From IMG/VR virus record IMGVR_UViG_3300035135_002062: a stretch of DNA of 64,000 nt. One strand, given 5' to 3'. The notes beneath the pieces were generated by a model. That model saw only the letters and a list, made by a program, of their open reading frames with translations, did no database searches and was not told the origin of the DNA. Positions 59,484-64,000 of this stretch are shown here, piece by piece (position 1 is the stretch's first letter; each line of letters opens with the position of its first letter). The stretch comes from an uncultured virus (IMG/VR IMGVR_UViG_3300035135_002062) (lineage: Duplodnaviria > Heunggongvirae > Uroviricota > Caudoviricetes). Made by a program: the position numbers and the translations under genes.

Positions 59484-60713
59484 ATGTCAAAAGTAAAAGT
59501 ATTAGCTATACCCTCGGACACACATGGTGTAGGTAAATTCAGAATCATAGATCCATTTACATTTATTGGTGATAAACATTCATCTGATGTACATGTTGAT
59601 TTGAACCTGAACGTACCAAACGAGGATGAATACTTTTCTACATATGACGTGGTAATCTTCCACACTTTTATTCATAAGTCATCTCACGAGGATAATATAA
59701 AAAGAATCAAATGGTTAAAATCAAATGGTATTACTGTTATCATGGATACCGATGATTATTGGAGGGTAGATCATAGACATCCTATGTACGAGACCTTTAA
59801 ACAGAAGAATCTTGCTGGTAAGAGAACGGAAATGTTGAAATTGGCAGATTATATTACTTGTACAACTTCACTTTATAGAGATGCACTAAAAAAATTAGTC
59901 AATCATGATAGAATTCATGTATTCCCTAATGCCGTAAACGAAGAAGAAAGTCAATTCAAACCAAACACCATAGAATCTGATAAAGTTAGATTTGGTTGGT
60001 TAGGAGGTTCATCTCATTTATATGATATTGAATTAATGAAAGGTGGTATTAGTCAAATACACCAACAATATAAAGACAAAGTACAGTTTGTTTTGTGTGG
60101 TTTCGATCTGAGAGGTAATATGAGAGAATATAACAAAACAACGGGGGAAGTAAGAGAAAGACCTATTAGACCTGAAGAAACTGTGTGGTCGAAATATGAA
60201 AGTATTTTCACTAACGATTATAAATCACTACAACCTGAGTATGTAAACTTTTTAAAGACATGGAAAAGAGAATCCTACGACGGTGAATTTAATCAACCAT
60301 ATGTTAGAAGATGGACTTTAGATTTGAACAAATACGCAACAAATTACAATTACTTTGATGTATCATTGGCACCACTTGTAAAAAGTGACTTCAATGGGTA
60401 TAAGTCCCAACTCAAAGTTATCGAAGCGGGTTTCCATAAAAAACCTCTTATTGCAACGGCAGAAAATCCTTATCTAATTGATTTAGTTGATAGTTTCGAG
60501 TATGGTAATAGAGTAGAAAATGGAAACTCATTATTAGTTCAAACAAGAAAGAATCATAAACAATGGTTCCAACAAATGAAAAGACTAATCGAAAACCCTT
60601 CACTTAGGGAAGATTTAGGTGAAAAATTATATGAAACAGTCAAAGACACTTACTCTTTAAAGAAAGTGTGTAAAGACCGAGTTGAATTTTTAAAAACAAT
60701 AAAGAACAATTAA
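59484..60713 (+). CDS. GT-B fold glycosyltransferase (GT4-like)
   Basis: MDTDDYW, VFPNA, GWLGGSSH, DVSLAPL...FNGYKSQLKVIEAG. Confidence 0.85.
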   Translation: MSKVKVLAIPSDTHGVGKFRIIDPFTFIGDKHSSDVHVDLNLNVPNEDEYFSTYDVVIFHTFIHKSSHEDNIKRIKWLKSNGITVIMDTDDYWRVDHRHPMYETFKQKNLAGKRTEMLKLADYITCTTSLYRDALKKLVNHDRIHVFPNAVNEEESQFKPNTIESDKVRFGWLGGSSHLYDIELMKGGISQIHQQYKDKVQFVLCGFDLRGNMREYNKTTGEVRERPIRPEETVWSKYESIFTNDYKSLQPEYVNFLKTWKRESYDGEFNQPYVRRWTLDLNKYATNYNYFDVSLAPLVKSDFNGYKSQLKVIEAGFHKKPLIATAENPYLIDLVDSFEYGNRVENGNSLLVQTRKNHKQWFQQMKRLIENPSLREDLGEKLYETVKDTYSLKKVCKDRVEFLKTIKNN

Positions 60714-60723
60714 ATTTTAATAT

Positions 60724-60957
60724 ATGTATTATTTAGCAACCGTAGGTTACGAAATGGAGCAATTGGATAGAAACGGAAATCCAAGAATTCAAAAAGTTAA
60801 GTATGTTGTCGAAGCAGAATCTGTTGAAGAGGCAACAATAGTTTTATCAAAATACCGTTCAGAAGATATGAGATCAAGTGAGAGTATTTCGATCGCTAAG
60901 ATGCAGATCGAGTGTGTCATTGATTCTAAAATCACACCTGAATATTATAAATCATAA
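60724..60957 (+). CDS. Small hypothetical protein (DUF4494-like)
   Basis: YLATVGYE...KYVVEAESVEEA. Confidence 0.5.
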   Translation: MYYLATVGYEMEQLDRNGNPRIQKVKYVVEAESVEEATIVLSKYRSEDMRSSESISIAKMQIECVIDSKITPEYYKS

Positions 60958-60962
60958 GAATC

Positions 60963-61523
60963 ATGTTAAACAAAGAACAAATAGAAAATAACAAAAAGAA
61001 GTTACTCGAGACTTCTGAGAAGTATGATATTTTCACCGAAGATTTAATTAAATTTTTAGGTGAGGATATATTCACTGCACCCGCATCAACAAGTTTAGAT
61101 ATGTATGGTGCATATCCTGGTGGTTTAGTAGAACACATGTTTATCGCATCAAAATATGCGGTAAAAGTCAATAGTATACTACCTGAAAATCTGCAACAAG
61201 ATGTCTCAAGTATTTTAACTTGTACCATCCTATCCCAAATAGGAAAAACTTTTCTATTTAAACCAAACGAAAGTGAGTGGCATAGAAATAAATTAGGTAA
61301 AATGTATGAATTTAATGACGAATTAGTTTCTATGAGAGTTGGAGAAAGATCCGCCTATTACTGTTCTAAGTACGGTGTAAGTTTATCTGAGGAAGAATAC
61401 CAAACAATCGTTAATTCTGACAAAGGTGACGACGACCTACAAGCAAAATACCACTCAACACCATTAGCACAAATTGTGAAACAGGGTTTTGACCTTGCAA
61501 TTTTCGAACAAAAGAATGGATAA
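60963..61523 (+). CDS. HD-domain-like protein with a degenerate metal site
   Basis: APAS...AYPGGLVEH...ILSQIGK (canonical LLHDIGK). Confidence 0.6.
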   Translation: MLNKEQIENNKKKLLETSEKYDIFTEDLIKFLGEDIFTAPASTSLDMYGAYPGGLVEHMFIASKYAVKVNSILPENLQQDVSSILTCTILSQIGKTFLFKPNESEWHRNKLGKMYEFNDELVSMRVGERSAYYCSKYGVSLSEEEYQTIVNSDKGDDDLQAKYHSTPLAQIVKQGFDLAIFEQKNG

Positions 61524-62148
61524 GGGAGAATTAGAAGAATATTTAAGAAAGTTAGAGTCATTTGAGACCCAATTGAGTAAAGGTGGTGAGGTTGATCAAT
61601 CCTTTATGGATGAAATCGAAAACACCCTTCAAGCACTGTCAAATGATTCTATTAATGCGGTAAACCAAATGAATGGGGGTAAACCACAAAACGTAAATCT
61701 TCCAAAAGTAGATTTTAGTGTTAATTGTAAAATTAAAAAATTACACAAAGACGCAATCATCCCGACTTATAGTAAAGAGGGTGATGGTTGTGTTGATTTA
61801 TATTCAATCGGCCATGTTTTTGATGATACTAAAAATCAAGTAACCTACAGTACGGGTATCGCAATAGAAATACCTGACACACATGTAGGTTTAGTTTTCC
61901 CAAGATCTTCAATTAGAAGAACAAAACTAACACTAAGTAATTCTGTTGGGGTTATAGATAGTGGTTATAGAGGTGAAATAATGGCGACCTTTAATTATAA
62001 TAACTCAACAAGTACTGAAATATATGAAACTGGTGACAGAATTTGTCAATTAATGATAATTCCTAACCCTAAAATTAATTTCATCGAAGTAGATGAATTA
62101 TCCGATTCCGATAGAGGTGATGGAGGTTTCGGATCAACAGGTAAGTAA
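61516..62148 (+). CDS. dut: Trimeric dUTPase with N-terminal extension
   Basis: GCVDL, PRSS, GVIDSGYRGE, GDRICQL, RGDGGFGSTG; start moved to MDKG. Confidence 0.93.
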   Translation: MDKGELEEYLRKLESFETQLSKGGEVDQSFMDEIENTLQALSNDSINAVNQMNGGKPQNVNLPKVDFSVNCKIKKLHKDAIIPTYSKEGDGCVDLYSIGHVFDDTKNQVTYSTGIAIEIPDTHVGLVFPRSSIRRTKLTLSNSVGVIDSGYRGEIMATFNYNNSTSTEIYETGDRICQLMIIPNPKINFIEVDELSDSDRGDGGFGSTGK

Positions 62149-62841
62149 ATGGCTAAAAGAGTAACAAGTAGATTGACCCATAAACAAAGAATAAAAGCAA
62201 TATTCAAAAGACCGAGAGAGAAATTCCTTACAGAATCCCAAAGAGACTATTGGGAAACTCTTGATAAAAATGAAATCACTTTATGTTTTGGTCCTGCAGG
62301 TGTAGGTAAATCATACATCGCAATGAAAAAGGCGATAGATTTATTATGGGAAGAAGATAACAAATATGAAAAAATTATAATCGTTAGACCTGCTGTTGAA
62401 GCCGAAGAAAAATTAGGTTCATTACCTGGTGGGTTAGAGGAGAAATTAGATCCTTATATATTCCCATCGTATTACCTTTTAAATAAAATTATAGGTAAGG
62501 ATTGTAGGGAAAAATTAAAAGATGAAGGGTTCATTGAAGTGGCTGCGTTGGCTTACATGAGAGGATGGAATGTAGATAACACTATTTTAGTTTTCGAAGA
62601 AGCCCAAAACGCAACTCCAGCACAAATTAAACTTCTATTGACACGTATAGGGTTTAACTCTAAATTCTTTATTTCGGGTGATTTAGAACAATCCGATAAA
62701 TTCAAAGACATAACAAGAAGTGGGTTATACGACGCAAAAGTAAGATTAGATGGTCTTAAGAATATTGGGATACATGAATTTGACAGTAACGACATCGTAA
62801 GAAACCCCCTAATAAGTCAGATCCTAAAAAGATACGATTAA
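62149..62841 (+). CDS. phoH: PhoH-like ATPase
   Basis: GPAGVGKS, RPAVEA, LPG, YMRG, EEAQN, LTRIG, GDLEQSD, DIVRN. Confidence 0.93.
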   Translation: MAKRVTSRLTHKQRIKAIFKRPREKFLTESQRDYWETLDKNEITLCFGPAGVGKSYIAMKKAIDLLWEEDNKYEKIIIVRPAVEAEEKLGSLPGGLEEKLDPYIFPSYYLLNKIIGKDCREKLKDEGFIEVAALAYMRGWNVDNTILVFEEAQNATPAQIKLLLTRIGFNSKFFISGDLEQSDKFKDITRSGLYDAKVRLDGLKNIGIHEFDSNDIVRNPLISQILKRYD

Positions 62842-62883
62842 TATAGGATTTACTTATAATAAATTTTTCATTATAATTTATCT

Positions 62884-63534
62884 ATGAGAATTTTTATTAG
62901 TATCGATGGTGTTTTACGTAATACTATCGCAAAATTTGATTATCACTATAAAGACTATTACTTAGATAGTGAAGAAGACGAAAAAACAGAAGAAGAGAAC
63001 TCTTTTGACTATGGTGTTATTGAACCAATTAAAAATGAGTTCTTAATGGATAGTTATCGATTCCAATCAAAAGATGAGTTCAATAACTTTCTTTTTTTAG
63101 ACTACTCAGTAGAAATATTCGGACACGCTAATCCATCTTATAAAAACGTCTTCCATGACCTGAATAATTTAATTTATACTAATAAAGAACATAAGTTTAC
63201 TGTCATAGGATTAGATGAATTGGGGAAATCAAAACCATCAACCCTATTCTTTCTTTCAAAGAACGGATATATGGGAAATAATGTTAGGTTTAGTATTTCA
63301 TCAGAAATTGATAACCTATGGAAAGAATGTGATTTGTGGATTACAGATAGTAATAGTGTAATTGAAAGAACTCCAAGATTTAAGAAATCTATAAAGTTCA
63401 ATAATGACTATAACCAATACTTTACAAATAAACACGAAATTCATAAATTAACAGAAATAGATAAAAAATGGTTGAAATCTTCGGAGAATATTATTACATC
63501 GACTTGGACAAAATTAATGAAGAGTGTGAGATAA
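62884..63534 (+). CDS. HAD-like 5'(3')-deoxyribonucleotidase homologue with altered motif I
   Basis: MRIFISIDGVLRN, DLWITD, KFNNDYNQ. Confidence 0.55.
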   Translation: MRIFISIDGVLRNTIAKFDYHYKDYYLDSEEDEKTEEENSFDYGVIEPIKNEFLMDSYRFQSKDEFNNFLFLDYSVEIFGHANPSYKNVFHDLNNLIYTNKEHKFTVIGLDELGKSKPSTLFFLSKNGYMGNNVRFSISSEIDNLWKECDLWITDSNSVIERTPRFKKSIKFNNDYNQYFTNKHEIHKLTEIDKKWLKSSENIITSTWTKLMKSVR

Positions 63535-63761
63535 AACTTACACCCAAAGAAAAAGTAGGTGAAGAAGGAAAATTAGAGGTAGAACAAACTATCAATGTTT
63601 TCAAATATGATACAGTGAAACAGTGTATCGATACACTATTAACTGAAAATGGTCCTGAAGACGAGGCATTAGGTCTCTACGGGAATAACCTCTCACTACC
63701 GTTCAAAGTAGCATATAACACCCTAATAAATTACAATATTTTAAGAAAATACGATGAGTGA
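63468..63761 (+). CDS. Hypothetical protein (97 aa)
   Basis: Operon position; overlaps both neighbours. Confidence 0.55.
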   Translation: MVEIFGEYYYIDLDKINEECEIKLTPKEKVGEEGKLEVEQTINVFKYDTVKQCIDTLLTENGPEDEALGLYGNNLSLPFKVAYNTLINYNILRKYDE

Positions 63762-63999
63762 ATCGATAGAAAATTTAGAATTATTACAAAAAGCACTTGA
63801 TCGTATAGAGAAAAAGGAAAACAGAATATTCTTTCTCACATACGATACAAAAAATAACGCAAGAGCGGCGGTAAAATATATTTACGACACCGCACAAACA
63901 CTTAAAAACGAAGGTTATGACTCATATATCTTAGTAGAAGATGAAAAATATGTGGGAATTAAATCTTGGTTGGGTGATAGGTACTCTGATATACCAATA
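63754..63999 (+). CDS. Partial ORF, probably a glycosyltransferase N-terminus (runs off the window)
   Basis: MSESIENL...RIFFLTYDTKNNARAAVKYIYDTAQTLKNEGYDSYILVE resembles a GT-B N-terminal Rossmann start. Confidence 0.45.
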   Translation, partial: MSESIENLELLQKALDRIEKKENRIFFLTYDTKNNARAAVKYIYDTAQTLKNEGYDSYILVEDEKYVGIKSWLGDRYSDIPI

Positions 64000-64000
64000 G

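Noticed and set aside
491..63401. Other short ORFs lying antisense to or inside long genes
   Set aside because: Fully nested in well-supported genes, with no motifs or expression signals
1..64000. Stop-codon reassignment as seen in some large phages
   Set aside because: Genes are full length in the standard code, and TAA, TAG and TGA all occur as stops

Overview
This window is 64 kb of a large, AT-rich tailed phage with a contractile tail (T4-like module content, probably jumbo-class). It uses the standard genetic code and is densely coding. Order: (i) 1-11 kb minus-strand baseplate/tail structural genes; (ii) 11-21 kb minus-strand replication and nucleotide block (QueC-like, NrdA/NrdB, DnaB-like helicase, 5'-3' exonuclease, UvsX/RecA, gp32-like SSB, Dps-like); (iii) 21-40.6 kb baseplate hub, tape measure, tail chaperone, tube, sheath and neck genes; (iv) SNF2 helicase, putative nuclease, neck protein and family B polymerase; (v) 47.5-55.9 kb fibre-like genes with long Pro/Thr linkers, one carrying an intact trypsin-like protease; (vi) 55.9-64 kb plus-strand block with a 47-aa repeat protein, a stand-alone WYL protein, glycosyltransferases, dUTPase and PhoH. 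The host is inferred to be Bacteroidota. Best leads: a probable +1 frameshift (UUU_CGU) in the tail chaperone; two intergenic structured RNA candidates; an unannotated ribbon-helix-helix gene; a TATTTAT motif before nearly all structural genes; exact DNA repeats shared between fibre genes; and a putative capsid-packaged WYL/repeat-protein cassette. All product calls come from reading motifs by eye; no database searches were run.
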